DNA from: Eledone cirrhosa
Taxonomy: Eukaryota
Assembly (NCBI GenBank): GCA_964016885.1
Contig: OZ024742.1
Span: forward strand, 273,048,001 to 273,112,000
Direction: 5' to 3'
Length of the DNA stretch: 64,000 bases
A program made the position numbers and the translations under genes. Of the stretch, positions 13,475 through 27,592 are shown piece by piece (the stretch's first letter is position 1; each line of letters starts with the position of its first letter). The notes under the pieces are model-generated. The model was not told where the DNA came from. It did no database searches and saw nothing but the letters and a program-made list of their open reading frames with translations.

Positions 13475-14073
13475 AATGGGCATGTTTATAGGAACAGGAA
13501 GGACAACCGTACGAACGCGCATCTGCAGAAACCCGGTCACTTCACACAGGCAATACTAGACGGCGTGCGAGAGGTGTAAGGGAGATAACTGCGAAAGTCC
13601 GAAAAGTGTTTAGTTTGAAAATAAAATTAAAAAGAATCAGTCCGGAGCCTTGTAGTTATGCAATAGGTGTGTGGCGACGTGTGGACAACGTGTGAAAATG
13701 CATTTCTCGTGTGTTTAGCAATCACTATTGCGTAATATCTTTAGAATAGTTATTCGCTCGTCAATACATAAGCCACACGTCGGATTTACTCGAATCTTTG
13801 ACAAGGCGGCATCCTACTATAACACGGCCTTGGCTAACAGCGGCTTCTCGCAACCTATCACTTACTCTCTCACTAGCAACAACACCATTAAGAAAAATAA
13901 GCGCAACAATAGACAAACTATCTGGTTCTCCCCTCCCTTCTCACTCAACGTTAAAACCAATGTAGGAAAAAAAATGTATAGCCCTCTTAGATAGACACTT
14001 TCCCATAGATCATAAATACCGATCCATCTTTAACTGACAAAAATTTAAACTAGGATACTCCTGCGCTAAGAAC

Positions 14074-14598
14074 ATGAAGGCCCACATCACCAACCGCCCA
14101 AGGAACAACACCACACCAGGGTGCTTTTGCCGTAAGCCTGAAGCTTGCCCATTTCAACAGCAATGCAACACACCAGCTATAATTTATGAAGCTGTGGTCA
14201 CTTCCAACCGACCAAACGAACCACAGGAGGTCAAATCCTATGTGGGCATGGTGGAGGGCCGATTTAAGGAACGTTTCCTGAACCACCAGTCTACCTTCAC
14301 GTACCCGGACAGACATTCATCCACGAAACTCGCGAGTAACGTCTGGTCCCTCAAGGACTCAAGTATAGACTACTCTATTCAATGGAAAGCCATCACTAAG
14401 TCTACGCCATACGCAAAGGGAAATCCGACGTGTGGCTTATGTATTGACGAACGAATAACTATTCTAAAGAGATTAAGCAATAGTGACTGCCTAAACACGA
14501 TATATGAATTGTTCACACGTTGTCCACACGTCGGCAAACACCTATTGCATAACTACAAGGCTCCGGACTGTTTCTTTGTAATTTTAATTTCAACCTAA
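14074..14598 (+). pseudogene. PLE GIY-YIG endonuclease domain fragment
   Basis: AIIYEA...SYVGMVEGRFKERFLNH...CGLCIDE...ELFTRCPH. Confidence 0.85.
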
Positions 14599-14732
14599 AA
14601 ACCTTCGGACTTTCGCAGTTATCTCCCTTAAACCTCTCGCACGCAGTCTAGTATTGCCTGTGTGAAGTGACCGGGTTTCTGCGCATGCGTCTTCGTACGG
14701 TTCTCCTTCCTGTTCCTATAACCATTCCCGTT

Positions 14733-14772
14733 CCGAGCTGAGGATCCGCTAATATGAAACAATTGTTCTCGG
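14733..14772 (+). ncRNA. Minimal hammerhead ribozyme (right pLTR)
   Basis: CCGAG-CUGAGGA-UCCGCUAAUAU-GAAA-CAAUUG-UU-CUCGG: stem I CCGAG/CUCGG, palindromic stem III ACAAUUGU, GUU triplet; stem II weak. Confidence 0.75.
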
Positions 14773-14799
14773 TTTGGTGAACTAACTGTTGCGTAACCA

Positions 14800-14836
<37 letters not shown>

Positions 14837-14887
14837 CAATAGCCGAAATACGGTTCTCGCTAATTTATATTTGGATATATATATATA

Positions 14888-15000
14888 TATTAAAAAAACA
14901 GATTAAACTTTAACCAAATAATCGCTGCTTTCACCATTAATATCCCGTTAAGGGTGAAAGCAGCGATTGCTTGCTTAAATTTTAATCTGTTATTTTAATA
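14888..15000. repeat. Long imperfect hairpin
   Basis: AATCGCTGCTTTCACC / GGTGAAAGCAGCGATT perfect core, extended by AACAGATTAAA / TTTAATCTGTT. Confidence 0.85.
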
Positions 15001-15091
15001 AATATTTGCTCCGTGGATCTTATATATTTGACATATATTTAGCCTTATCGAGGCCTCTTTGGATTTTAGTCCTCAAATTTATTATTATTAC

Positions 15092-15193
<102 letters not shown>

Positions 15194-15450
15194 CGTAAAA
15201 CATGTCTATAGAATCACCAGATAAAATATATACCGCTTCCTCTTCCAATTAGCATAATTAAACATATAAAAATAAAGGCTACTATGAGGAAATCTCCGAC
15301 AAATAACCGAAACCAGCCCCTTCGCGGCGGTTACGACTGATCATTTATCGAATATTTCGACACCATGTATGAATCGACCCGATATACAGTCAACTAAACA
15401 GAATTAGGTGTAAAATAAACTAGAAGAAAAGTGTACATATTTAATTACCT

Positions 15451-15519
15451 CTACCATGGTTTCATCCGCATTTTAAGACATCCGATAACATTAGATATCT
15501 AGAGCTTCGGATTCTTCAG
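15451..15519 (-). ncRNA. Hammerhead-like motif with extended stem II
   Basis: Minus strand: CUGAAGA-AUCCG..39 nt..CGGAU-GAAA-CCAUGG-UA; stem I partner missing next to the (TA)n run. Confidence 0.6.
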
Positions 15520-15521
15520 TT

Positions 15522-15598
<77 letters not shown>

Positions 15599-16309
15599 GA
15601 GGAGAGATTACTAAAATAATTTCATCCAGAGAAAATTATCCTTACTGCTGTTTCAAAATCAACAGAATAAGGGATAGACCATCAATAGCCTTTGAATTTA
15701 GAAACTGAGGGAAGGAGAATTGTTTATCATTAGGGAAACATGCTTATACAATAATGTACCGCTCAATGAAAGTGTGTAAGTTGTTGTATATGTATATAAA
15801 ACAATGCATAACAGGTAAATTGGCACAAGTTTCAAGTGGGTATATTTATAATTTTATTGCAGTCTAAATTTTAAATATTACCAGCTTGAAAAATCACTTG
15901 TAATATTTTGTGATTTATATTGAACAAATTATGAATGTTAATAAAGAAGTGTAATTGCCGAATTGCTCTCGCCGTTGTGTACTTTTGGTTGTTGTGACTG
16001 ACTATTGTTGTTGTTGTTGTTGTTGTTAAAATTATTATTATTATCGTTGTTGTTGTTGCGTTAGGGATTATTAGCGTTGTTGTGGCAGTCAGTATCACTA
16101 TAGTTTCTTTTATCTTCGTTATCGAGGCTGTATTTCTTGCTATTGTCAATGATGTTATTTTTGTCATGGTTGTAGCTCAGTCTTTTCAGTGTTTCTTTCC
16201 AGCGGACATTTGCGAGGCTCCCGTACAGCTCTGAGTTATTCATCCTCAGTGTATACTTATATATATATATATATATTTACATACATATAGAAAGTTGGTT
16301 GTGGACTTC

Positions 16310-16862
16310 CTGTATCTGTGAGAAAAGCTTGGGAACACAAAGGATGATGAGGTGGCGAGGAAGAGCAAGGCCAAGCCGGTGTGTAACATTTTGAGGTTGG
16401 TGTGGAAGTCGGACCTTCGTAAAAACATGAAGATCTGTGTTTTGGGGGCGCTACAGTAGAGTATGTGCTCTTGTACGCGTCTGAGACTTGGACACTGACC
16501 ATTAGTCTCATTCAGATGATGGATGGTTTCTGCACGACAACGCTGAGAATGGCTCTGCATATTAGTAAGTATACAATGAGGATGAATAACTCAGAGCTGT
16601 ACGGGAGCCTCCCAAATGTCCTCTCGAAAGTAACACAGAGGAGACTGAGGTAAGCTACACATGCTCATCGACATTCGGAGTTGACACTGCAATCACTGGA
16701 CCTGTGGGAGCCCCTACACGGACACACTAGAAGAGGGAAACCATGGATGACATATATTGATGCTCTAAGGACAGAAACTGGTCTCTGGGAGACGGAGGAG
16801 ATGGCTATGGCTATGATGATTAGAGATAGAGAGCACTGGTGAGAACTCATCCATGGATGTCG
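16310..16862 (+). mobile_element. RTE-like LINE 3' fragment
   Basis: VLLYASETWTLT..DGFCTTTLRMAL..NSELYG..RRLR, then WEPLHGHTRRGKP..YID. Confidence 0.75.
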
Positions 16863-16884
16863 GGAATTTTACCCGCCCTAGATA

Positions 16885-17093
<209 letters not shown>

Positions 17094-17223
17094 ACACTGG
17101 CCAATGAGAATTAAGACTATTCCTGCTGACAACATTAAATTATTCCTAACAAGCTCATATGTCCCAATGCTCTGATACCATAAACACTATAAACACAGAG
17201 CTGGCATATCTAAAAACTGACTA

Positions 17224-17279
17224 ACTGCCTGATGAGGTCATATCCATTCAATGGCTATCATCGAAATATATATAGCAGT
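17224..17279 (+). ncRNA. Type-I hammerhead ribozyme in 5' pLTR
   Basis: ACUGC-CUGAUGA-G..stem II..C-GAAA-UAUAUA-UA-GCAGU; stem I ACUGC/GCAGU; predicted cut after A17274. Confidence 0.85.
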
Positions 17280-17468
17280 AAATAAAGGATTATGAGTTCA
17301 TGCAATTGACTTATGTTTCGTCACTATTATAACTCCTGAACTTATATCTTCGTCGAGTGCTCCCTATCCGCATACTGAAGTACTGGATTTTACCAACACT
17401 TACTTACTTGCTTACCCCATGCTCCACACCCTGTTGAGCGCTTCATACAGTAGCGGACCGCAGCCAAT

Positions 17469-19664
17469 ATGAATAAACTCACCACTCTGGCATCACTGAA
17501 GGACATCCCATTACCGAGTAAAAGAGAATACACCAGGAATCTCACTAAGAGTACTGACTCCCTAATACGCAGGATGAGGTGGACGGCTTACCACTTTGAT
17601 AGAGGAAACCCCAATATTAATAACAAAAAAGCCATGGAGAGCCTCTTCAAATCAAGAAGGACCCCCCCCCCTCCACAATAGACTATTGGAAGAGTTAGAA
17701 AACGAAATGATTGGCATCATTTCCAATATCAAATTTTCCGACCGACCATACCGGGGTCGAGAGTACCTTAGACGACTGGAAAATGGAATTACCGAGCTTA
17801 AGGAATCTACAGGAATACTCGTCCATGCCGACAAAACCAACAACTTTTACAGCATGGAAGTTCAACTTTACCATGAGCTAATCCTCATGGAATTGAGAAA
17901 AAGCTGCAAAAAAACGCCTGAGGCTACCCTGGAGGATATCATCATCAAGGCTTATGAGATCGTATCTGGTCTTGGCATAGATGATAGGACGGCCCCATAC
18001 CAACCAAGGGAGCCGAGGATTACCATTAACGAGCACAAACAAAAATTCGAGTCTAACCTGCCGGTCAGACTGATAACCCCCTCCCGGTCAGACATGGGAT
18101 TATTAGCAAAAGCATTTTAGATAGGATCCTGCCCACACTTAAGAGTAAAATAAGGTTACAACTCTGGCCCTGCACCAGCCAGGTGCTGGACTGTTTCACA
18201 TTTTTACCTGACAAACAGAGGACTAGCTTCATACAACTAGACATCAACAATTACTACTCGTCTATCTTGCCCATAGTCCTGAACAAGGCATCATATTCGC
18301 GATGAATAGGACAGACCTAACACGTGACGAGGTCCAAATCATACACGCCGCCAGAAAGACCCTGATCCGATTCACTGGGGATATATGGACCCCGAGCAAC
18401 TGGCCAAATCATTTTTCATTACAATGGGCTTCATTGACTCCGCGCAGCTAACGGACTTGGTTGGGATATACATACTCTACGAGATCAGGAGTAAAGTACC
18501 CAACCTGGGTGGCAGGCTGTACCGAGACGACGCATTCTTCACCGTAGTGGACCACAGCGCCACAATGGTCGAAAATATGAAGAGGAGAATTAGGCACTTC
18601 TTTAGCAAGGTAGGACTTATAGTAGAGATGGAACCCAATAGAAAAGTAGTGAATTTCCTTGACACCACCCTCAACCTCAACACCAAGCTAAACCACTCAT
18701 ATCATAAACCCAATGAGAAGCTGGTGTATATCAACGCTGAGTCCAATCACCGTAGATCTATTATTAAGGCCGTAGTTAAGAGTGTCTCTGGCAGGATCTC
18801 TAACTTGTCGGCCAATAAAGAGATCTTCAATAATAACGGTGATTACTATAACTCAGCGCTAGCTAAGGCGTCCCACGGCCATAGGATCAGCTATAACCCT
18901 AAGGGACGTGATCGAGATGACCCAAGGGTACCCCGGACCAATACTCTCAGGGGCATGAGTCGCGATGGACCAAGGCGGACATCCAACAACCCCTGAAGAA
19001 TAGGACCAGGAAGGTCACATGGTATAACCCTCCGTACTCGGTGGGTCTACGTACCAGCCTGGCTAGAACATTCTTTAGAGTACTGGCTAAATGTTTCCCT
19101 AGGGCCCACAAGTACCATACAATATTCAACAGGCACACAGTGAAACTTTCCTACTCAACCACTCGCTCCGTAGCCCGTGAACCCCGGAGCCACCAAGCTG
19201 AACCAGCACGCGGGACGCACCAGAGCCCGGACAGGCCCAACTAGCACACCGGAACTCAACGACCCTGGGCTGATTGCGGCGGCAACCCAGCCAACCCCGA
19301 GTGATGGTAACCAAGCTGTACATGTGGTGGGGCTTAAGAAGTCATGTAATTGCAGAGACCCATCCCTATGCTCCCTCAGTAATGATTGCATGACGAAAAA
19401 CGTAGTCTACAGGTGCAGAGAAAATGTACGGCCCTTTTTGAATTGATCTGGAAGCTCAAACTTGAAAAGGGCCCGCACTCTCTGGTCTGGTCCGTGGTTA
19501 GAAAGGTTCCCCCAGACAGAGGCGGGTCTGGTATTTGCAACCTCTGTCTTAGTGAGACACTCGAGATACTTCATGGCGGAACCAAGCTATTAAACAGAAC
19601 GGCCGACTTATTCGATGCCTGCAGAGACCTATGGACGGAAACTTTCCTCAAGCTATATGGATAA
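17469..19664 (+). pseudogene. PLE RT + GIY-YIG polyprotein, multiply frameshifted
   Basis: ORF pieces 17469-17681, 17596-18120, 18385-18996, 19041-19244, 19177-19446 and 19386-19664 are collinear with PLE domain order. Confidence 0.88.
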
Positions 19665-20977
19665 ACCCCGGTTAAAGCCTCCCACAACGCCCCCTCCCCC
19701 TCCTGTAGGTCCCCTACACCCCGTACCAATGACCAATGGACAGCAACAACCACCCATAGTTTGTGGTCCCTATGGTGGATGGTCCACCGGATCCTCTACT
19801 GGTTAGGAGTCATCAAAACCGCGTTTTATTGAACCTGAGGACCCCCCCCCCGGGGAGCGGCCCACACAGGATGAACAATTATCCCAAGGTACTAACCTTA
19901 TACGCTTGAATGTGTGCCCGCAACCGTGCATTGTGTGTGTATACTGGGACTGCGTGAATGTACACACTCAAGTGAACGCAACGTAATACTAATACCCCAG
20001 GTCGGATTGATAAATGTTCGAGTGTATGCTTAAGAGCATATTTGTATATACTCTCTTGTATGAGTGCACATGTGTATATAGACATACACGCTCATCCAGA
20101 AATATAAAAGTGTGGGTGGGTATATATGTCTGTACTAAGGGATTTGCCTAAGCTCTAAAGCCCCCATGCTATTGTTGTGAAGATATATATCACCCTCTAC
20201 TTTTGTCTAGTCTAACCAATAACTTTTCCAAACACCCACTTTACTTTTCTTTAAAAATAACACCCACCTAGTTTTATGTCTGCCTTATACTTGGATTTGG
20301 GAGCCTCTGTCTTATATATATATATGCACTTGTGCGTACATATATATATATATACACACCTGTATGGATTTGTGTGTGTCTGAGTGGGTAGGTGTGAGTG
20401 TATGTACAAGTCAACCAACATAAGTCTTTTTATTTCTAAATTTTCTAAACTATCTAAGTATTTGACTCCAAACATTATTTTAAGTGTTACCACCCCACAT
20501 TAATTCCTCAATGTGCATGTGTGGATGTGTGTGTGTGTCTGTGGAGGTGGGTGTGAGTGTATGTGCAAGCCAACCTACATAAGTATTTTTATTTGTAAAT
20601 GTTCTACTCTAACCATAATTTTCAGTAGCACCACTCCACATAAATTCATCAATTTAAGAATGACCTGTAGTATCTATTTCATATTAATTGAATATATATC
20701 TATTAATCTTAATTGAATATATATCTGACCAGGAATGCTTTTTGTTAAAATCAGTCATATGGAACTATTGTCATCTTGCCTGACAGTTTGAACTTTACAA
20801 CACCACCTGCCTCTTTGAGGTCAAATACCAACCCTACTAGCATCTACAAACCGACCAATGAGAATTAAGATTATTCCTGCTGACAAAATTAAACTATTCC
20901 TAACAAGCTCATATAACCCAAGGCTCTGATACCATCAAGACTATAACCACAGAGCTGGCATATCTAAGAACTGACTA

Positions 20978-21033
20978 ACTGCCTGATGAGGGCATAGCCA
21001 TTCAATGGCTATCATCGAAATATATATAGCAGT
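20978..21033 (+). ncRNA. Type-I hammerhead ribozyme in 3' pLTR
   Basis: Same core; stem II AUAGCCAUU/AAUGGCUAU fully complementary; predicted cut after A21028. Confidence 0.87.
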
Positions 21034-21074
21034 AAATAAAGGATTATGAATTCATGCAATTGACTTATGTTTCG

Positions 21075-21250
<176 letters not shown>

Positions 21251-21430
21251 TCATTCGTCGACTACTGTAGAGATGATGGATCTCACTCTCATGGCCCAGA
21301 GCTCCCTGTACCCCATCGCCGCCCCCAGGTCCTGTCTACTAATTCCCGTATCCCTAGAGATAACGTCAGGGAATGACAGCTTCCTACTCCTAGTCAGGCT
21401 GGAGTCAGGGTTCCAGAGCAATACATAAAC
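21251..21430 (-). mobile_element. RTE-like LINE 3' end with (GAT)n tail
   Basis: VLLWNPDSSLTRSRKLSFPDVISRDTG..AMGYRELW, similar to the end of the 16310-16862 fragment. Confidence 0.6.
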
Positions 21431-21659
21431 AGTCAGCCATGAATTTATAATTTGCATTCAGCACTGTTAATTACAAACATAATTATCACTGGGAGACAGA
21501 GAACACGCTTCCCGGACGAATGTCAGACAGACATTCTTTGCACCGATCGGCCAATCGGTGCCTTGTTAATTTGACGTAAATGCCTTGGCAGATCGAATAT
21601 CTGTAGATGCGATAAGAATCTTACAACTGAAATCAGTGTTATCAAGTTACTGCGTTCAC

Positions 21660-22030
<371 letters not shown>

Positions 22031-23059
22031 AATATTAATAATCGAAAGTCAAATATTAATAATCATTACATCCACTTAAAAAAACTACATTCCTAAAACA
22101 TCCATTGACAGAAGCAATTGTTAACAAAAAAATATTTAGTGCAAAACATTCATTTACTGGCTAAAACAGTCATCGATCAATTACTTTCGAATATGTTTCC
22201 CACTCCTGCATCCGGATTCCGTATCGTAGCTAATATTTACCAACGTAACCTCTCGACAGCATACAAAACAGTGGCAAATCATAATCCTTCATTGACCTCC
22301 CTGTATATAAACATTACTGGAGTCAGACTTGCCGAAAGGCACCAGTTTTGGAACAAAACATTTCCCGAAATAAAATATGTAGTGTCCTAAACAACAGTGA
22401 AACGTCACGATAAGTTTACACTACTCATAAAGAAAACTATAGTGAACACACAAACTTGCAAACAATGATTGATTTCAAGTAGTAGTAGTAATAGTAGTAA
22501 TACGTGTAGTATTAGCAATATGTATAGTGCGCATATGAAGACCGATCATCAACAGTCATGAGCACTTATTACCCTTCTGTCAAGTTAATAATAATTTTAA
22601 TACTACATCAAAAACAAAACAGTTGAAACAATGATACTCATTTTAGTCTTGTTGGTATTTTATAATTGTTGCTTTTAATGTTGTCGCTGCCGATGTTATT
22701 TTCGTTGTTGTCGCTGGTGGGAGTAATGTTGTTTAGCCTCAGAAGAGTGAATATTTACGATACTGACCAAATGCATTGGTGTTACATGCACAGTTTAGAT
22801 AAGATATAAAACCCAAATCATCAAATTACATTAATCATTTCATATTTTGAAATGCCAAATATTATTGTTCTGATAGTTCAAACATCAAAAATGTACTCCG
22901 GGACCTGAGATGTTCAACACGTAAGTCAAGCAAGAGGGGAGACTCATGTTCGCAAGGGCTTATACAGTTAACAATCCAAACAACTACATAGTTGGGTCAT
23001 TGAAGCATGGTAGTTCTCAATTTCAAACTGGATAAAAATGGTATTTCTTTTACCCTCGT

Positions 23060-23295
23060 TATTTTTAAACCCAGATGACTTCATGGGTACAGCACTTTCT
23101 GGTCATATTTGGGACCTCCAAGACAACAATATTACCTACCATCTAACTTGGAGCCTACTTTCCAAGGCAAAATCTTACTCGTGAGGACGCCGTCCGTGCA
23201 ATTTATTCTCGGAGGAAACGATCCAGATGCTGTTTGCAAATGACCAATTGTTAAACAAAAAGGAAGAACTCATTACCTCTTGTAAACACAGAATA
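23060..23295 (+). mobile_element. PLE GIY-YIG C-terminal remnant
   Basis: Manual translation TALSGHIWDLQDNNITYHLTWSLL..*..CNLFSEE..LLNKKEELITSCKH parallels 14074-14598. Confidence 0.7.
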
Positions 23296-24007
23296 TATAG
23301 GACATATATTACCCTTAAACCTCCTCACGACCCGTGTGGGTAGATCTTGGCTTTTATACGCTTCCCACTTCCATACTAAGTTAGAGCAAACGCCAAGCAT
23401 CCTTAGATAGCAATAGAATATTTTATTTATTGTTGACACTTTCTAAACTTCCTTAGGTAGAAATAGAATATTTTTATTTTTCCGAAAATATACATATTGC
23501 CCTATGGAACCAGCCGAACAGATAGCTATGACACTTTACTAAACTCATAGTTTAAGCATGATGCACAAAGTTACTCGTAGCCATTACTGAACCGCCACTA
23601 TGGCAGGCATGGTATATAGAGTTAACGTGTACTGGCATATACACTTATATCATGCCAGTGCATAAGCACTATCACAAACTATAGCGTCAGAATTGTTAAA
23701 GAATGCTATTAGCTAACCTTCAATTATATTATTTCCTTTTGCGAATGTTTGGCGATAGCTTTGATATACATGTTAAATTGACACTTTCAGACACTTTGAG
23801 GAATTTACATTACTATAGAACCTTAGCTAACTCACAACAGTATGAGAAAAGAAAAGAATAGTACTATCTTTAAGATTAAGAGTAGATTTATGGGTGTTTG
23901 AAATCAAGTAAAATGGAATGAAAGTGAATTAGTGAATGAGACGCTCTTCCCAGGTCATAGAGCAATTAATAGCTAGATTTCTCTATGATGAGGAGAAATA
24001 GTAATAA

Positions 24008-25565
24008 ATGCAAACTAAGAAAAACATAAATACTTTTGACTTATATACGCACAAAAAGCATATCATTTTAACTGCACGGAAAACCTTAATTAAATTCAAC
24101 AACCATCTTTGGACCAGAGCAGATAGAGATAATAATTTCGATATCACTATGGGGTCATCAGACTCGGCGCAAATAACAGATCTTGTGGGGCTTTGTATTA
24201 ACAATACATTACATAGAACACTCCCGGAGATGACCGGTGGTTTATATCGTGATGATATGCTGCTGTTAATTGAAAACAATAATAATTGTGAAATCAATAG
24301 AAAAAGAAAATCAATAATACAATTTTTTAATAGCTATAATCTTAAGTTAGAAATAGAGAATAATTATAAAATTGTTAACTTTTTAGACGTAACATTAAAC
24401 CTTACTGGACTATACTATCCATTCCATAAAATTAATGAGAATCTAAACTACGTTAGCTTCAACTCTAATCACCCTAGATCCGTTAAGAACACTATCGTAA
24501 ATTCTGTACAACAACGTATTTCTCAAATTTTAGCGAATAAAAATATAATTGAAGATAAGGCACAATATTATAATGAAGCTTTAAATAGAGCAGGCTATAA
24601 TAATGACATCGACAATAATGATAAGGCAATTAACCATAATATTAACCATAATATTAATTATAATCATAATAAGAAACCTAGCATAAACTCTAAAATTAAT
24701 AGAAGAAATAGAACTAGAAACATAATCTGGTATGCTCTCCCATTTTCACTAAGTATTAAAACACCTCTAGCTAAACTATTGTTACAGCTCTTGATAAATG
24801 TTTTCCCAAGGCCCATATATATCATTTAATCTTTAACAGACATACAATTAAACTATCTTAATCTACTACTATGAACCTAGCACAAAATATAAATAGAATC
24901 AATAATAGAAATCTAAACCATAACCAGAATAGCACTAATATCTCTAGCAATATCCAATGTAATAATACTGTTCCGAATAATATAAACTCTGGTAAATGTA
25001 ATTGTAGAATTAAATCTAACTGTCCTCTAAAAAAATAACTGTTTAGTTAAAAATGTGATCTATAAATGCAATGTCAAAACCAATGATAATACTTTTAACT
25101 ATGTTGGCTCAACTCGTACAGACTTTAAATCTCGTTTCAATAACCATAAATGCTCTTTTAATAATTGTTTCTACTTTAGGCACAAGGCCAGCAATTACCC
25201 AGTGCATTACTGGTACTTTATTTTATCTACCCTGTAAGGATGAAAGGCAAAGTCAACTCGGCGGGATTTGAAATCAGATCGTAAAGGGACGTAACTATGC
25301 TGGAAAGCGTGGCATCCGACCCTCTACCGATACTGCTAATCCAAAAATCTTCAACTTCTCTATCCAACTTGATATGGAACTTAAAATCCCAAAATAGAGA
25401 CTATTCTTTATCTTGGAATATCATTTCTAAGCACCTGCTTACAATAACACACCTTTAGCCCAATTTTGCATTTTGTGTGTTGAAGAAATTTGTTTTATAC
25501 TTAAATGTAAGAACTCCATTAATTTACGCAACAATTTATTTAGTTCTTGTAAACATCGCCAAAAC
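24008..25565 (+). mobile_element. AT-rich 5'-truncated PLE (RT + GIY-YIG), interrupted by a SINE
   Basis: ITMGSSDSAQITDLVG, GGLYRDDML, FLDVTLNL, SNHP, WYALPFS; CNCRIKSNCPL; IYKC..YVGSTRTDFKSRFNNH. Confidence 0.9.
25160..25343 (-). mobile_element. tRNA-derived SINE inserted in the PLE endonuclease region
   Basis: Reverse complement of the SINE consensus seen at 56052-56245. Confidence 0.9.
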
Positions 25566-27341
25566 TCAACCTTTAGATCTATATATACAATATAATTACA
25601 CGTTAAATCTTCTCTACATAATGTTTAATTTATCCAAACACCTATAATCTCATTTGTTAAATTATATGCATATATGTTCATAAATTCTAAATCTTTTATT
25701 TAAATTTAATGTAATTCTAATTTTAATATCTTTTACTTCTTAAATATATATATTTTACTTCTTAAATTTTTACTTTTTAATATTTTTAATATTTTTACTT
25801 CTTAAATATCTTTATATTTTATTTTTATTTATCTTACTTCCAAAATATCTCATAATCTTTTTGAAAAATTACTTAACATTTTAAAATAAATTACTTATTT
25901 CCCAAAAACTCTTTTTTGGGTCACCTTAATATTTTTAATATATATTTTAGTATTTTTCTAACATTTTAAATATTTCTAAATATTTAAAAGTATTTTTTAA
26001 TATTTCTTAATATTTTATTATATTTTTGAATAATTTTAGGTTTTTAATTAAATTTCCTGAATAATTTTAGGTTTTAATTAATTTTAAACACTTTTTTAAT
26101 GTTTTTAAAAGGTTCTTTAGTATCTTCGGCTTCTTTTTGAGGTTTTTAAAAAATCTCATGGAAAGTTTTTCCAGGAATTTTCGAGAATTTTGTCTAGAAT
26201 TGTTAATATTTTATAGTCTTAATTTTTAATTTTTAAATTTTAAAATTTTTAAAACTTTTAAATTTTTTGTAATTTTTTGTTATTATTTAATATTAGAGTT
26301 ATATCCAATAACTAACTCTGGCTAAATATATCTTTAAACATATCTTTGTCAAAATTATCTCATAATAACTAATGTATAAACAAACTGGGATTTTTAATAT
26401 TTTTAATATTTTTCCATATGTAAAACATTAAAACATATAAGACATCTTATTGACTCAGTTAATTTAATTTAATTTAAATACTTACACTAAATATAAACTA
26501 GTATCCCTCATAATTTATCACCTATAACATGATATACCCATCTATCCACTCATATATTTATCCTTATATCTATCCTTATATCTACATTTTAATAAAGAAA
26601 CATATCCTTATATCTACATTTTATCCTATGCTTCTACTTCATATTTATTTAAATCTTTTAATATGTTTTAATATATTTTGATATATTTTAATATATCTTT
26701 ATTTTTATTTTTAATATATTTTTAATTTTCTATATACTTAGAATAATAAATAAATATTTATTATAATAGAATTCTAACAATTATTAGTAAATATATGTAA
26801 CATAAATATGTAACATAAACATAAGACGTATTTACGTTATATGAAGTCATCCTCGGATAAGCTTCTTTCCTCGCTCTTCGCGTTACTTCTACATACATTA
26901 AGATATTCTCTTTTCTTTTCTTTTCTCTCTTTTCTTTTCTCTCTCTTCTTTTTTTTCTCTGTCTTCTTCCCAAAGCGTAATTTAAATAAACGGTTTTTTT
27001 TTCAATTTTTCGGACATTCATTTTCATATTCACACAGAACTTTGAATTACCCTCAATAAAATTGTTCACTATCCAGCGTATTTTCAACCGTCAAGGTTGT
27101 TTTCCACGGCTATGTCACTATTTAGGAAACAAATGTATCTGTTGAAAGCGCACCAAGACTGCCTTTGTTGCCCTTGAAATATATATAATAAAATAATTAT
27201 GGTTTTATAAATATAGTTTACATTTATTAATATATTGTATATATATATATATACATATATAACGAAGGAAATGTGGTAAGGAACCAGGTGGACCATAACG
27301 CACCAAAGTACTCAATACTTAGGGTACTAGAGTGGCTAATA

Positions 27342-27479
27342 GGAACCAGTAAGACCCCGACGGCTGAGCTCAAGCCGTTTCGACGGCTAATTCTGGACAG
27401 CTAATTCTGGACGGCTAATTCTGTCCAGAATTAGCCGTCGAAACGGCTTGAACTCAGCCGTCGGGGTCTTACTGGTCCC
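27342..27479. mobile_element. 138-bp foldback MITE with TA flanks
   Basis: 59-bp arms 27342-27400 and 27421-27479 are reverse complements with 2 mismatches; TA at 27340-41 and 27480-81. Confidence 0.88.
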
Positions 27480-27484
27480 TATAT

Positions 27485-27592
<108 letters not shown>

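Larger units (their letters stand above)
13404..14802 (+). mobile_element. 5'-truncated PLE with inverted ~290-bp terminal repeats
   Basis: 13404-13696 is the reverse complement of 14512-14802; interior encodes WFSPPFSLNVKT, CFCRKPEACP and GIY-YIG (IIYEA..YVG..FKERF, CGLC, CPH); (TA)n on both sides. Confidence 0.92.

Noticed and set aside
18994-18996. TGA in the PLE ORF as possible selenocysteine or readthrough codon
   Set aside because: The conserved continuation (NRTRKVTWYNPPYS) is in a different frame, so this is frameshift decay.
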